A stretch of 34,808 nucleotides of DNA from Polyangiaceae bacterium (lineage in GTDB: Bacteria; Myxococcota_A; Polyangia; Polyangiales; Polyangiaceae): positions 1-34,808 of the forward strand of contig JBGANF010000089.1 in NCBI GenBank assembly GCA_044222475.1. The letters are read 5' to 3'. The stretch's first letter is position 1; every line of letters begins with the position of its first letter. Under the pieces are notes generated by a model. The model did no database searches. It saw nothing but the letters and a program-made list of their open reading frames with translations, and had not been told where the DNA came from. The translations under genes and the position numbers were made by a program. This document shows, one piece after another, positions 16,840 to 31,997 of the stretch.

Positions 16840-17403
16840 ATGCGCCGCGTCTTCGCCGTCGTCTTCGGGATTGGGCTGCTCTCGTGCGGGCAAGGCTCCC
16901 CCACGACTCCGACGGGGGAGACGTACCTCGCGTTCGGCTCGAGCTTCGCCGGCTACGAGAGCTGGGAGAAGTTCGACCTCGCCCAAGCCGAGTCTCCCGA
17001 CGATGGAGGCATTCCGCTCACCGACGGCGGCTGCGCCGCCGGACACGACACGAGCGCGCATCGCTTCGGCTACTTGAACAAGCGCCCGCCCACCGGCTCG
17101 AAGGAGTTTCCCGTCGGCACGATCATCGTCAAGGAGATGCAGAAGTCGACCGCGCCCGAAACGTGGCAGGTCTTCGCGATGGTCAAGCGCGGCGGTGGCT
17201 TCAACACGAGCGGGGCGAAGAACTGGGAGTGGTTCGAGATCAAACGTGATCCGAACCTTCCGCTCATCGTCTGGCGCGGTGTCGGTCCGCCAGTCGGCGA
17301 GGGGTACGGATCTCCGGCGTGTGGGGGGTGCAACAGCTGTCACGGCGTCGCCGCGAGCAACGACTTCGTCGTCTCACCCGTCCTCGATTTGAAGAACTTC
17401 TGA
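16840..17403 (+). CDS. Monoheme cytochrome P460/c'-beta-like lipoprotein
   Basis: Lipobox LLSC; FPVGTIIVKE, FAMVKR and WEWF motifs; C-terminal CNSCH. Confidence 0.75.
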   Translation: MRRVFAVVFGIGLLSCGQGSPTTPTGETYLAFGSSFAGYESWEKFDLAQAESPDDGGIPLTDGGCAAGHDTSAHRFGYLNKRPPTGSKEFPVGTIIVKEMQKSTAPETWQVFAMVKRGGGFNTSGAKNWEWFEIKRDPNLPLIVWRGVGPPVGEGYGSPACGGCNSCHGVAASNDFVVSPVLDLKNF

Positions 17404-17405
17404 TC

Positions 17406-18236
17406 ATGTCCCTCCATCGTTTGGCATCGGCCGGCGCAGCGTGCGCCGCGGTGCTCTCCCTCTCCGCTCTCGCATCGGCCAACCCGAAGGCGCTCCCGTT
17501 CACGTACGGAACGCAGACGAACCCGCAGGGGCAGGGGGAGGTCGAGAACTACGTCGATCTCGTCCCGCTGCGCGCTCGCTCGGGCACGACGGGCGAGATC
17601 GTGAAGTACCTGATGCCGCAGCTCCAGACCGAGTTCGAGTGGGGTCTCAGCGATCGCCTCGAGCTCGGGCTCTACGTCACCGCGACGCCGCGCCTCGGTG
17701 ACAACCTCTCGTCGTACCCTGTCGGCGTCGGCGGCAACGGCGTGAAGGCACGCCTTCGCTACCGCTTCGCCGACGAAGGCGACTGGCCGATCGACGTCGG
17801 GCTCTACACTGAGATCGTCGCGAACGATCGCGAGTTCGAGCTCGAAGCGAAGGTGCTGCTCCAGAAGCGGATCAAGAACCTGCTGGTGCTCTCGAACCTG
17901 TGGGTCGAGCACGAGTTCTATTGGGACGGCCGTCGCGAGTGGGTGCTCAACCCCACGTTCGGATTCCAGTACCAGGTCACGCCGAGCTTCTTCCCCGGCA
18001 TCGAAGCGTGGATGCGCTACGAGATCGACGCGGGCGGGGAAGAAGAGGAAGAGCGCGAGGCATCCTTCAACGTGGGGCCTCACGTGTACGTCGGCCCGAC
18101 GATGATGGTCGACTGGGGTCGCTTCTTCCTGACGACGGGTCTCTACTTCCGCACGACCGAGGTCGGGCGCACGCCCCAGATCGGCGATAACTTCGGCGCG
18201 ATGTGGTACCGCCTGATCATCGGCTTTCAGATCTGA
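17406..18236 (+). CDS. Putative small outer-membrane beta-barrel protein
   Basis: Signal peptide; alternating beta-strands (EFEWGLSDRLELGLY; ends YRLIIGFQI). Confidence 0.7.
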   Translation: MSLHRLASAGAACAAVLSLSALASANPKALPFTYGTQTNPQGQGEVENYVDLVPLRARSGTTGEIVKYLMPQLQTEFEWGLSDRLELGLYVTATPRLGDNLSSYPVGVGGNGVKARLRYRFADEGDWPIDVGLYTEIVANDREFELEAKVLLQKRIKNLLVLSNLWVEHEFYWDGRREWVLNPTFGFQYQVTPSFFPGIEAWMRYEIDAGGEEEEEREASFNVGPHVYVGPTMMVDWGRFFLTTGLYFRTTEVGRTPQIGDNFGAMWYRLIIGFQI

Positions 18237-21429
<3,193 letters not shown>

Positions 21430-21449
21430 CCTAGTATTCTCCGGCTTCC

Positions 21450-22229
21450 ATGGTGATCCTCTTCATCTTCGGGTTCATCCTCGTCGTCGTCGGCGCCATC
21501 ATCTCCGGCGTCAACTGGAAGAACATGAAGAAGCGCCGGCGCATCCTCGATACGCCGACGTCGCGCATCTCCGAGGCTCCGGGCAACGGACCGGTGGAGC
21601 TCAAGGGCGTCATCGTCCCGAGCGAGCACGGCCTCATCCAGACGCCGTTCAGCGGTCGACCCGCGGTGTGGGCCCGCATCCTCGTCCAGGAGTGGCGCAG
21701 CACCGGACGCTCCGGCTACTGGGCGACACTCATCGACGAGACGGATCAGCGCCCGTTCCTGATCGACGATCAATCGGGGCAGCACGCTCGGGTCGAGCCG
21801 ATGGGCGCGAACATCGTGGTCGACGCGGTCAACGTCGCCAACAGCGGCACCTTCAACGACGCGAACCCGTACATCAAGCAGTTCCTCGCGATGCGCGGCA
21901 TCAGCACCGAGAGCTGGCTCGGCTTCAACAAGCGCATGAAGTTCGACGAGCAGGCGCTCGTCCCGAACTCGCCCATCTACGCGATCGGTCCGTCGCGCCG
22001 GGAGCAATCGATGGGAGCCGACGCCTACCGCGGCGGCAGCCAGCTCGTGATGTTCGCGTTCCCGGGTGAGCTCGGGGAGCTGATCCTCACCAACAAGACG
22101 GAAGATCAGCTGGTTTCGAGGTGGTTCTGGACCTTCACGGCCGGGCTCATCTGCGCCGGAGTCGGGGTGTTCATGGGCTTCGGCGGGGTCGTCCTCTTCG
22201 TGGTCGACGTGTTAACCTCCGCTCCATGA
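21450..22229 (+). CDS. GIDE-domain (MUL1-like) membrane protein
   Basis: N- and C-terminal TM helices; ILDTPTSRI..G.VELKG, PFSGRPAV, PFLIDD.SG and IYAIG motifs. Confidence 0.7.
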   Translation: MVILFIFGFILVVVGAIISGVNWKNMKKRRRILDTPTSRISEAPGNGPVELKGVIVPSEHGLIQTPFSGRPAVWARILVQEWRSTGRSGYWATLIDETDQRPFLIDDQSGQHARVEPMGANIVVDAVNVANSGTFNDANPYIKQFLAMRGISTESWLGFNKRMKFDEQALVPNSPIYAIGPSRREQSMGADAYRGGSQLVMFAFPGELGELILTNKTEDQLVSRWFWTFTAGLICAGVGVFMGFGGVVLFVVDVLTSAP

Positions 22230-23347
22230 CCGACGCGTACGCGCCCACTCACGATCCGCACCAGTCCGCCCTCGCGAACCTCGTCGCCGCCAGCGCCGAG
22301 GACGCGATCTTCGCGTTGAGCGCCGCGCTCGGCAACGCGAACGACGCGCTCGAGAACATCGTCAAGCGGCGCAAGGAGCAACACGCCGCGGTCCTGCAGA
22401 ACGCGCGCGTCCCCCGCATGACCGAAAACTTCGACGCGTGGATCGTCGACATGGCGAAGTCGATGGCCGCCATCTGTCCGCCGTCGTGGATGCCCATGGC
22501 CGAGGTCCTCCGCGAGAAGGTGACGCTCGAAGGCGGCCCGCGCGGCCTGCGCGGCCTCTTCTCGTCGAAGCCGAGCGACAAGGACGTCGCGCGCGTGAAG
22601 CGCCTCGGCACGCTGGCGGTGCGCGCGCTGCGCGCGGTGTTCGCCGCCGACGGGCCGCTCGACGGCGAAGAGGTGCGCACGGTCGCCGCGCTCATCAGCT
22701 CGCTCGGTCTCCCCGACGCGGATGCCGCGCCGCTCTACACCGAGCAAGCGGTGGGCGTGGAGCAGATCGAGGTGTACGGAGACCTCGAGCCGTCGGTCGG
22801 TCGCGCGATCATCCGCGGCTCGTGGCTCGGTTCCGCCTGGGACATGATCGAGCCGCGCGAAGAGCAGGTGATCCGCGCGCTCGCGCAGAAGGTCGGGGTC
22901 CCGATCGTCGACGTGGAGATGATGCGCAACGAGGCGATCGCTCGCGTCGACGCGCGCCGCCAGGTCGGGCTCGCCACGGTCGACGCGGTTCGCACCGTCC
23001 TTTCGGATCGGGAGCCCGGCATGGGCGTCCAGCTCGCCGCGCTTGCCGGCACGCTCATGATCCCCCGGCGCTTCCGCGACGAGGCTCTCGCGACGATGCG
23101 CGCGGGCGCACCGGTCACGCTGGCGCAGCGCTACAAGGGCATCTCGTCGGACGAGAAGCTCAGCGTCCTCGGCATCGCCTGGGCGTGCGGCCTCCACGAG
23201 GACCCGCCGGCGTCGCGCTTGGCGGTGCTCCGCGCGCGCCACCTGAAGATCGCGAAGGACATGGGGGAGGACGGCGAGAAGGCCCGCAAGCTCGTCGACG
23301 AGATGATGGTCGCCTCGCTCGACGAGGGCGCGGCTGGGATGGCGTGA
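22226..23347 (+). CDS. Hypothetical helical protein with TerB-like motifs
   Basis: ATGA overlap; AVFAADGPLDGEE and IEPREEQVIRALAQKVG resemble TerB motifs. Confidence 0.6.
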   Translation: MTDAYAPTHDPHQSALANLVAASAEDAIFALSAALGNANDALENIVKRRKEQHAAVLQNARVPRMTENFDAWIVDMAKSMAAICPPSWMPMAEVLREKVTLEGGPRGLRGLFSSKPSDKDVARVKRLGTLAVRALRAVFAADGPLDGEEVRTVAALISSLGLPDADAAPLYTEQAVGVEQIEVYGDLEPSVGRAIIRGSWLGSAWDMIEPREEQVIRALAQKVGVPIVDVEMMRNEAIARVDARRQVGLATVDAVRTVLSDREPGMGVQLAALAGTLMIPRRFRDEALATMRAGAPVTLAQRYKGISSDEKLSVLGIAWACGLHEDPPASRLAVLRARHLKIAKDMGEDGEKARKLVDEMMVASLDEGAAGMA

Positions 23348-25540
23348 GGAAGGTCGTCGCGCTCGTTGCTGCGGGCTTCGTCGCGTGCCAACCGGCCGAT
23401 GCGCCCAAGCCGACCGTGACCCCGGTCGTCGAGGACGCGGCTCCTCCACCGGTGCCACCGCCCGCATCGGCGAAGGCGACTTTCGACGCCGATCACACGA
23501 AGGCCGCCGCGTCGAACCCATCGGACCTGCATTTCGGGATCGCCCTCGCGGCGGGAAAGACGCGGTTCCTCCAAGGCGAGCCGATCGCCGTGGAGCTCGC
23601 GTTCTCGAGCGATGTCCCAAAGAAGTACAAGCTCGACAAGGGGCTCTACGATCGCATCGGGCGCCTCTCGTGCGACGCGTGGACCCTCGACCGGACGGAC
23701 ACGGTCGATCCGCTGGCCGAGTACTTTGCGAACGGATTCGGCGGAATGGGCGGGATTCGTCAGATGCCGATCCTCGGCACCAAGCCCGAGAAGATGACGT
23801 TCGAGATCAACGAGTGGCACCGGTTCGATCACCCGGGCCACTATCGCCTCTACGTGACGTCGTCGCGGATCGAGCTCGACGGGGCCGACGGCGGGCGGGT
23901 CGATCTCGCGCCGACCTCGAACGTCGTCGAGTTCGACGTCGTGACACCGACGGCGACGGATGCGTCGCGGCTCCTCGCCGCTGCGATCGCTCAGGCGGAC
24001 TCCAAGAACGAGGACGACCGGCGAAAGGGCGCGCGCGCGCTTCGTTTCCTCGGCACCGAGGGCGCCGCGCGCGAGATGGTCCGCCGATTCTCGGACGAGA
24101 ACGGGAACGGCGAGTGGGAGTTCGGCCTCATCGGGTCGCCCGCGCGCGCGGTCGCGCTCGCCGCGATGGAGGCGCGCCTCGACGAGGACGCGGCGATCCC
24201 GGTGCGGTTCCTCCACACCGTGGCGCTGCTCCGTGATCGCACCGACGATCCGACGGCGAAGTACGATTGGCCGCGGCGCGCGCGCTTGATCGACGGATAC
24301 GCGGCGCGCCTCGCGGCGGGGCTCGCGAAGAAGTCCGCGACGAACCGGGCGGTGTCGGCGGCGACGGCGCTCGACGTCGCCTGGTCGGACACGTCGCGTC
24401 CGGAGCCGCCCTACGTCGCCACCGTGATGGCGTCTCTGCCGCTCTTCTTCAAGGACCTCCCAGCGGCGGAGCAGATGCGCATCGTCGAGTACCGATGGAA
24501 GCGGGCGAAAGACCCGGCGCTCGCGCCGGCGCTGCGCGACATCTACGACGACCCGAAGTCGACGCCGGATCAGCGCGAGGCGATGTTGCATCGGCTGCTC
24601 GAGGTCGATCCGCCGACTGCGCGGGCGCGCATCCTCGATCACCTTCGCACCGGGCAGCCGGCGCTCGGGTACCGATCGTTCCGGTCGATCGGCGGGCTCC
24701 CGGACGCGACGCTCCCCGCGCTCGACTCGGCGCTCGCCGACCGCATGGAGAAGGATCCGTACGCCATGGCCGAGGTCGGGCGTTACGCGACCGCCGCGAT
24801 CCTCCCGCGCGTCAAACGCGTGTATTCTGCAAGTGCAGGGTCGTTCGCCACCGAGATCGAAGGTCAGTTCCTCGGGTACTTCCTGCGGGTCGACCCCGCG
24901 TTCGGCGAGAAGGCCGCGGCGGCGCTCTTGCTCGGCAAGGGATCGAGCGCGGGCGCCGCGCTGAAGGTCGCTGCCGACGTGACGATGACGCCCGGGCTCG
25001 AGAAGGTGCTCGTCTCGGCGCTCTCTTCGGCCAACGTCGAGACCGTCATCGCGGCGGCCGAGGCGCTGGAGCATCACGGCTCGGCAGCCGCCCAGGCGCC
25101 GCTGATGAAGCGGCTCGAGGATTTTCACACGGCGTGGGCCGGTCGCGAGGCCGACCTGGCGTACTCGGTGACGGGTGGGCTCAAGAACGAGCTCGCCGTT
25201 CGGTTGGAGACGGCGCTCTGGCGCGCGCTGGTGAACGGCCGAGGGTGGCTCGCCGACAAGGCGTTCATCGCGAAGGTGCAGTCGCTCGTCGTACGGACGC
25301 AGGAGCGCGAGCAGGTCGGTTACGCCGCCAACTGGTGGACGGGGCCGGTGAAGATCGATCTCTGGCGCGGCGACGACGGCGAGCTACGCGCGCGGGTGGC
25401 TCAGTACGAGGTGACGACGGTGACGGACTTGGACGCGAAGCTCGCGCAGTTCCCGAAAGCGACGACCTTCGCGCTCGGCACGGTCGACGCCGCCGAGGTC
25501 CCTCGCATCAAGGCCAAGCTCACGGCCTTGGGCATGAAGC

Positions 25541-25548
<8 letters not shown>
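23344..25548 (+). CDS. Large lipoprotein with an N-terminal beta domain and HEAT-like repeats
   Basis: GTGA overlap; lipobox GFVAC; helical repeats such as AAAEALEHHGSAAAQAPL. Confidence 0.7.
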
Positions 25549-27466
<1,918 letters not shown>

Positions 27467-27518
27467 CAAGCCGAGATTAGCACCCGCCACGGTGAAGATC
27501 TGGTAGGTGCATCTCACG

Positions 27519-28355
27519 ATGCAAGGCAAGACGGTCGGGTTCCTCGGCGCCGGAAACATGGCGGGCGCTCTGATCAAAGGGCTCCTTCACGCGAAGGCGC
27601 TCGCGCCGAGCGCGATCGTCGCGAGCGACGTCAAGGCCGAGCGGCTGACTCAGCTCCACACCGCCCACGGCATCGTGACCACCGCCGACAACCACGAGCT
27701 CGTGCGCAAGTGCGACGTGATCGTCCTGTCGGTGAAGCCGCAAGTCATCGACAAGGTGCTGTCGGCGATTTCGCCCGACGTGACGAAGAACAAGCTCGTC
27801 ATCTCCGTCGCCGCCGGCGTTCCCATCGCGGTGATCGAAGCGCGTCTCGCCGCTGGTACCAGAGTGGTACGAACGATGCCGAACACTCCGGCCATCGCGC
27901 TCGCCGGCGCGACCGCGATCGCCGCGGGGACGAACGCGACCGAGGCCGATCTCGACACCGCGCGCGCGATGTTCAAGGCCGTCGGTGAGGTCGTCACCCT
28001 CGACGAGGTCCTCCTCGACGCGGTGACCGGCCTCAGCGGGAGCGGTCCGGCGTACGTGATGCTGATGATCGAGGCCCTCGCGGACGGCGGCGTGAAGGTC
28101 GGCCTTCACCGCGACACGGCGCTCCTCCTCGCGGCGCAGACGGTCTATGGGTCGGCGAAGCTGCTCCTCGAGACCGGCGAGCACCCCGGTCGGCTCAAGG
28201 ACCAGGTGACGAGCCCGGGCGGAACCGCGATCGCCGGCCTGCACACGCTCGAGTCGGGCGGTCTGCGGCGCACGCTGATCGACGCGGTCGAAGCGGCGAC
28301 GCTGCGCGCGCAGGCGCTCGGTCAGCAGATGGCCGACAAGCTCGGCGTGAAGTGA
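27519..28355 (+). CDS. proC: Pyrroline-5-carboxylate reductase
   Basis: GFLGAGNM, SVKPQ, RTMPNTP, GLSGSGPAY and VTSPGGT motifs. Confidence 0.97.
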   Translation: MQGKTVGFLGAGNMAGALIKGLLHAKALAPSAIVASDVKAERLTQLHTAHGIVTTADNHELVRKCDVIVLSVKPQVIDKVLSAISPDVTKNKLVISVAAGVPIAVIEARLAAGTRVVRTMPNTPAIALAGATAIAAGTNATEADLDTARAMFKAVGEVVTLDEVLLDAVTGLSGSGPAYVMLMIEALADGGVKVGLHRDTALLLAAQTVYGSAKLLLETGEHPGRLKDQVTSPGGTAIAGLHTLESGGLRRTLIDAVEAATLRAQALGQQMADKLGVK

Positions 28356-28361
28356 CGCTGG

Positions 28362-29699
28362 CTACTTCGCGGCGGGGATGATGCCGTCGTTCTCGATGCC
28401 CGAGTAGACGCCGGGCGGCACGAGCCCGAGCCATGGGTCGCTCTTCGGCGTGAGGAAGAGCTGCGAGTACACGCGCGTGTTGAGATCCTTGAAGCTGACG
28501 CCGGGCGTGGCGACGAGCCACTCGTGGATCTTCGTCCGATTGCGGAACTCGTTGCGCACGCCGTCTTCGACCATGAGCCCTTCGAACGACGTCACGAGCT
28601 GCTCGAACGCGGCGGCGTCGACCGGGCGCGGCGCGCCTTGATCGGTCCAATCCATCGGGTTCTTCGCCCGGATGAGCGCGCGCGAGCTCGCGTCGAGGCG
28701 CGCCGTGCCTTGGTACTGCCGGGTGATCTTCGCCCACGGGATCTTGTCTTCGGGGAGCTGCATCGAGGGCAGAGCGGCGCGAACCATCGGCACCTCGACC
28801 GCGGCCTTCGCGTAGGCGATCGGCGCGGCGACCATCGCCGGCGGGGCGTTGCTCGACGGTGGCGGCTGCGGAAGCGCGAACATCGCGGGATCGGTCACGC
28901 CGGCTTGCGTGAGGAGCGAGCCCCACTGCTGGTTGGCCGTGGTCAGCGCGATGGCGTGATAGTCGCTGATGGCGCGATCGCGGTCGGCGCTGCTCATCGG
29001 GCGCACTCGCCTCGCGAGGTCCTCGACCTGAGAGAGCGCGGTCACGAACGCCGAGGGGCCGTAGAGCCCGGGGATCGCGTCGAGCGGGTGACCCTCTTCG
29101 TCGAGCACGTAGTGGATGCTGTTGCCGGTCACGGTGCGCTGGATCTTGCGCCCGTCGCGGAAGTCGATCGTCATCACCGGCGCGGGGCGCTCGGAGCTCC
29201 AGTGCAGGACGAAGTGATCGCGCAGGTAGCTCGCGACGGTTTGGTTCGCGTAGAGCGCGGTGCGGAAGAAGCGGCTGTTGGCGCAGCTGAGCTCCTCGTC
29301 GAGGTTACCGAGGAGCCGGAGCGAGAGGATCGGTTTGCCGCTCGCGCGCGCGGCAGTCTGCGCTTCGTCGAGGTCGGTGTACCAGTAGAGGCGGGACACG
29401 TGAGCGTCCTTCTGCTTCGCGACCTGATCGATCGCGACGCGGAGTCGTGCGACGCGCGCCGCGTCGGTCGTGGCGTCGAGCTCCTTCGTCAGGGCGGCGA
29501 GGCCGGGCGGACCCGCTTCACGGAGGGACGTCGTGGCGCTCGGATTGGCCGTGCCGTCGGCGATGGCCTTGGCCAGGGTGGCGATCTGGTTCTGACCCTC
29601 CACGGTCTCGGCGTGGAGACGGGCGTGGCCGCAACCAGCGGACATCGTGGCCAAAGCGGCGAAGACACCGACCACCGCGACGCGTCGAAGAAAGGACAT
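28362..29699 (-). CDS. Lipoprotein with a thioredoxin-like domain resembling selenoprotein N
   Basis: Lipobox SAGC; WYTDLDEA...GKPILSLRLLGNLDEELSCANSRFFR...FVLHWS. Confidence 0.7.
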   Translation of the reverse strand: MSFLRRVAVVGVFAALATMSAGCGHARLHAETVEGQNQIATLAKAIADGTANPSATTSLREAGPPGLAALTKELDATTDAARVARLRVAIDQVAKQKDAHVSRLYWYTDLDEAQTAARASGKPILSLRLLGNLDEELSCANSRFFRTALYANQTVASYLRDHFVLHWSSERPAPVMTIDFRDGRKIQRTVTGNSIHYVLDEEGHPLDAIPGLYGPSAFVTALSQVEDLARRVRPMSSADRDRAISDYHAIALTTANQQWGSLLTQAGVTDPAMFALPQPPPSSNAPPAMVAAPIAYAKAAVEVPMVRAALPSMQLPEDKIPWAKITRQYQGTARLDASSRALIRAKNPMDWTDQGAPRPVDAAAFEQLVTSFEGLMVEDGVRNEFRNRTKIHEWLVATPGVSFKDLNTRVYSQLFLTPKSDPWLGLVPPGVYSGIENDGIIPAAK

Positions 29700-29766
29700 G
29701 GCGAACCTCTCGGACAGGTACGGACCACGCCACGCGGGGATCCCTTGGGTTTTCCTTTTTCTTCCG

Positions 29767-30210
29767 CTACTTGGACGTACAGCGCCCTTCGTTGATCTGC
29801 GCGCACACGCTGTATTGGCTCTGGTTCGCGAGGAGGCTCGCCGCCTCGGTGCAGGACGTCGTCACCCCGATCGGGCAGAGCTTCCCGTAGCAGGCGCACT
29901 CCATGTCGAGGATCGACCCGCGCACCCGGAAACCGCACTCCGGGTAGAGGTCCGGGTCGATGTAGATGTTCGGGCAGGTCGAGATCGCGCTGCAGAGGAT
30001 CACGCCCGTGTAGGGGTCCTGCCCACAGTCCACGCCTTGCGGCGTCGTCGACGTCACCTGCCCGTCAGTCGATCCGTCGCTCGCGGCGCCGTCGGTCGCC
30101 CCCGCGTCGCCGGTGCTCTTCTTGCTCCCGAGGTTGAAGCTGATGCATCCCGGGATGATCACGCTCGCCGCGACTCCGAGGACGAAGACCAGAGGACCGA
30201 GCTCGCGCAT
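29767..30210 (-). CDS. Small Cys-rich lipoprotein
   Basis: Lipobox IPGC; DAG linker; 10 further Cys. Confidence 0.75.
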   Translation of the reverse strand: MRELGPLVFVLGVAASVIIPGCISFNLGSKKSTGDAGATDGAASDGSTDGQVTSTTPQGVDCGQDPYTGVILCSAISTCPNIYIDPDLYPECGFRVRGSILDMECACYGKLCPIGVTTSCTEAASLLANQSQYSVCAQINEGRCTSK

Positions 30211-30249
30211 CCCACTCGCATGCCCGAGCGGCCTCCACCGGGCCAAGTT

Positions 30250-31428
30250 TCACGCAGTGGCGGTGCGTCCCGCGAGGCTCGTCGGCGGATGAAAGTCGGC
30301 TGGTTTCCCGCGGAGGCCATCGTCGATGAGCTTCTTCCAGTAGACGTCGCCTTGTCGCACCGCGATCGACGTCAGGCGCGGCGAGAGTCGGCGCACGCGC
30401 TCGACCGCTCCGATCGCTCCTCGCAGGAGCGGAAAGAGCGGCTCGAGCGGTGAGCGGGGCACCGCGAGCTGCGACGCGAGCTCCTCACCGAGGAGCCGCC
30501 AGCTCACGGCGAGCGTGAAGTACTTGAGCCGTTCGACCTGGCGCAGCTCGTCTTCGGATCGCGCCGCCTGTCGGCCCGAGTCGAGGAGCGCCTTCGTGAG
30601 TGCGCGCGCATCGTCGTCCGGCGGAGCTTGGGTCGCCATGATGAGATCGGCGAGGCGATGGGCTTCGCGCTCCGACGTCGGGAGCAGCTCCTCGCTGCTT
30701 CCCATCAACCAACCGACGTAGCGCCAGAGCTGCACGTAGTCCTCCGCTTCGTCGCGCGACACGCGGAAGCCGAGCTTGCGGATGCCGTCGAGGACGACGA
30801 TCGAGAACAGCATCGTCGTCGCCGCCATGTCGTGCTGGTTGATCGGTTCGCCCCACGCGTTGCGGTTCCACTTGCCCGAGTCCCACAGCAGGCGTCGCAC
30901 TTGGGCGTGCATCAGCCGCACCTTGAGGGTGATCGAAAAACCTTCGCGTCCGGGGTGCACCTCGCCGGGGAGACACACGGTGTGGACGAACCGCGCCGTC
31001 TCCGTCAGCCGACGCGGCGCTTGCTCGCGCAGACGACCCGAGAAGGCGAGGGGCTTGTTGCCACCGGGCGACGCGTATCCGTACGGCAACGACTGAATCC
31101 CGAGCACCAGACCGCCGAACCACCCGGTGCGCAGAAGCAGCGACCCCGCACGGTCGATCACCTTCCAATCGACCCACGCCGGGACGTGCTCGACGCTCTC
31201 GAACAGAGCGCGCACCGCGGGGTGCGCGTCGGGGACGTTGGCGACTCCGTCGCGCAGCACGCGCTCGATCTGCGCCCAACCTTGCCCCGGCGGGAGCCCG
31301 CGGATCACGTCGCGCACCACGTCGTCTGCGAGCGGGTCAGCTTTGGTGAGGAACGGCGCCAACCGATCGACGCGATCGCCGTGGGCGGCGCGCGCAGCCG
31401 GAGAATCGAGGTAGCGACTCGGGATCAT
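30250..31428 (-). CDS. MpaB/Lcp-like oxygenase (DUF2236)
   Basis: RRLTETARF, KVRLMHAQVR, WGEPINQHDM and LWRYVGWLMG motifs. Confidence 0.9.
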   Translation of the reverse strand: MIPSRYLDSPAARAAHGDRVDRLAPFLTKADPLADDVVRDVIRGLPPGQGWAQIERVLRDGVANVPDAHPAVRALFESVEHVPAWVDWKVIDRAGSLLLRTGWFGGLVLGIQSLPYGYASPGGNKPLAFSGRLREQAPRRLTETARFVHTVCLPGEVHPGREGFSITLKVRLMHAQVRRLLWDSGKWNRNAWGEPINQHDMAATTMLFSIVVLDGIRKLGFRVSRDEAEDYVQLWRYVGWLMGSSEELLPTSEREAHRLADLIMATQAPPDDDARALTKALLDSGRQAARSEDELRQVERLKYFTLAVSWRLLGEELASQLAVPRSPLEPLFPLLRGAIGAVERVRRLSPRLTSIAVRQGDVYWKKLIDDGLRGKPADFHPPTSLAGRTATA

Positions 31429-31509
31429 GACGGACGCGCATTCGGTGCGCGTCTTCAGTCTAGCGCTTCCGTCCTGGCGCCGCTCGTACCGAGGGGGTAC
31501 TGTCCACCC

Positions 31510-31896
31510 ATGCCTTGGGGCGTCGATGGTCGTGGCACCGCTGGGATTCTCGCGCTCCGCCTCGAAGGGCAGATCGACGAAGACGAGATGCGCGCGTTCG
31601 TCGCCGCGCACGATCGCGCGGTCGACGAGTTCGGCGGCGCTCCCTACCGCATCTACTGCGACATCCGCGGGCTCAAGCCGCTGAGCCCCACCGCAACCAC
31701 GCTCTTCGAGCGAGCGAAGCGCTACAGCGCGGATCACGCGAACTTCCAGGGGAGCGCGGTCCTCGTCTCCAGCGTGATGATCGCGATGCAGCACCGCCGG
31801 ACGAGCATCAGCAGCGGCGTGATGGCCACCGAGATGATCACCGACGACGAGCGGGCGTGCCGGGCGCATTTGAGCACGGTCCGCCGTGGCGGCTAG
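31510..31896 (+). CDS. STAS/SpoIIAA-like small protein
   Basis: LALRLEG..., RIYCDIRGLKPLSP pattern; TACTGT 6 nt upstream of the ATG. Confidence 0.65.
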   Translation: MPWGVDGRGTAGILALRLEGQIDEDEMRAFVAAHDRAVDEFGGAPYRIYCDIRGLKPLSPTATTLFERAKRYSADHANFQGSAVLVSSVMIAMQHRRTSISSGVMATEMITDDERACRAHLSTVRRGG

Positions 31897-31917
31897 GAAA
31901 ACTCAATGATTTCCTAG
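31893..31917. repeat. 8-bp inverted repeat enclosing an IHF-like core
   Basis: CTAGGAAA-ACTCAATGA-TTTCCTAG. Confidence 0.5.
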
Positions 31918-31997
31918 GAGTGCGGGCAAGCGAACCGCCCGCGCCGGTCGCGTAGGTCCTTCCGCGGGCACCGGATCACCGATAGACTACCGACCCG

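Noticed and set aside
22438..23343. Extension making a 1036-aa ORF
   Set aside because: Overlaps the TerB-like gene in another frame; the lipoprotein start is at 23344
30250..31428. True latex clearing protein (Lcp)
   Set aside because: No Tat signal; only the general DUF2236/MpaB family is supported
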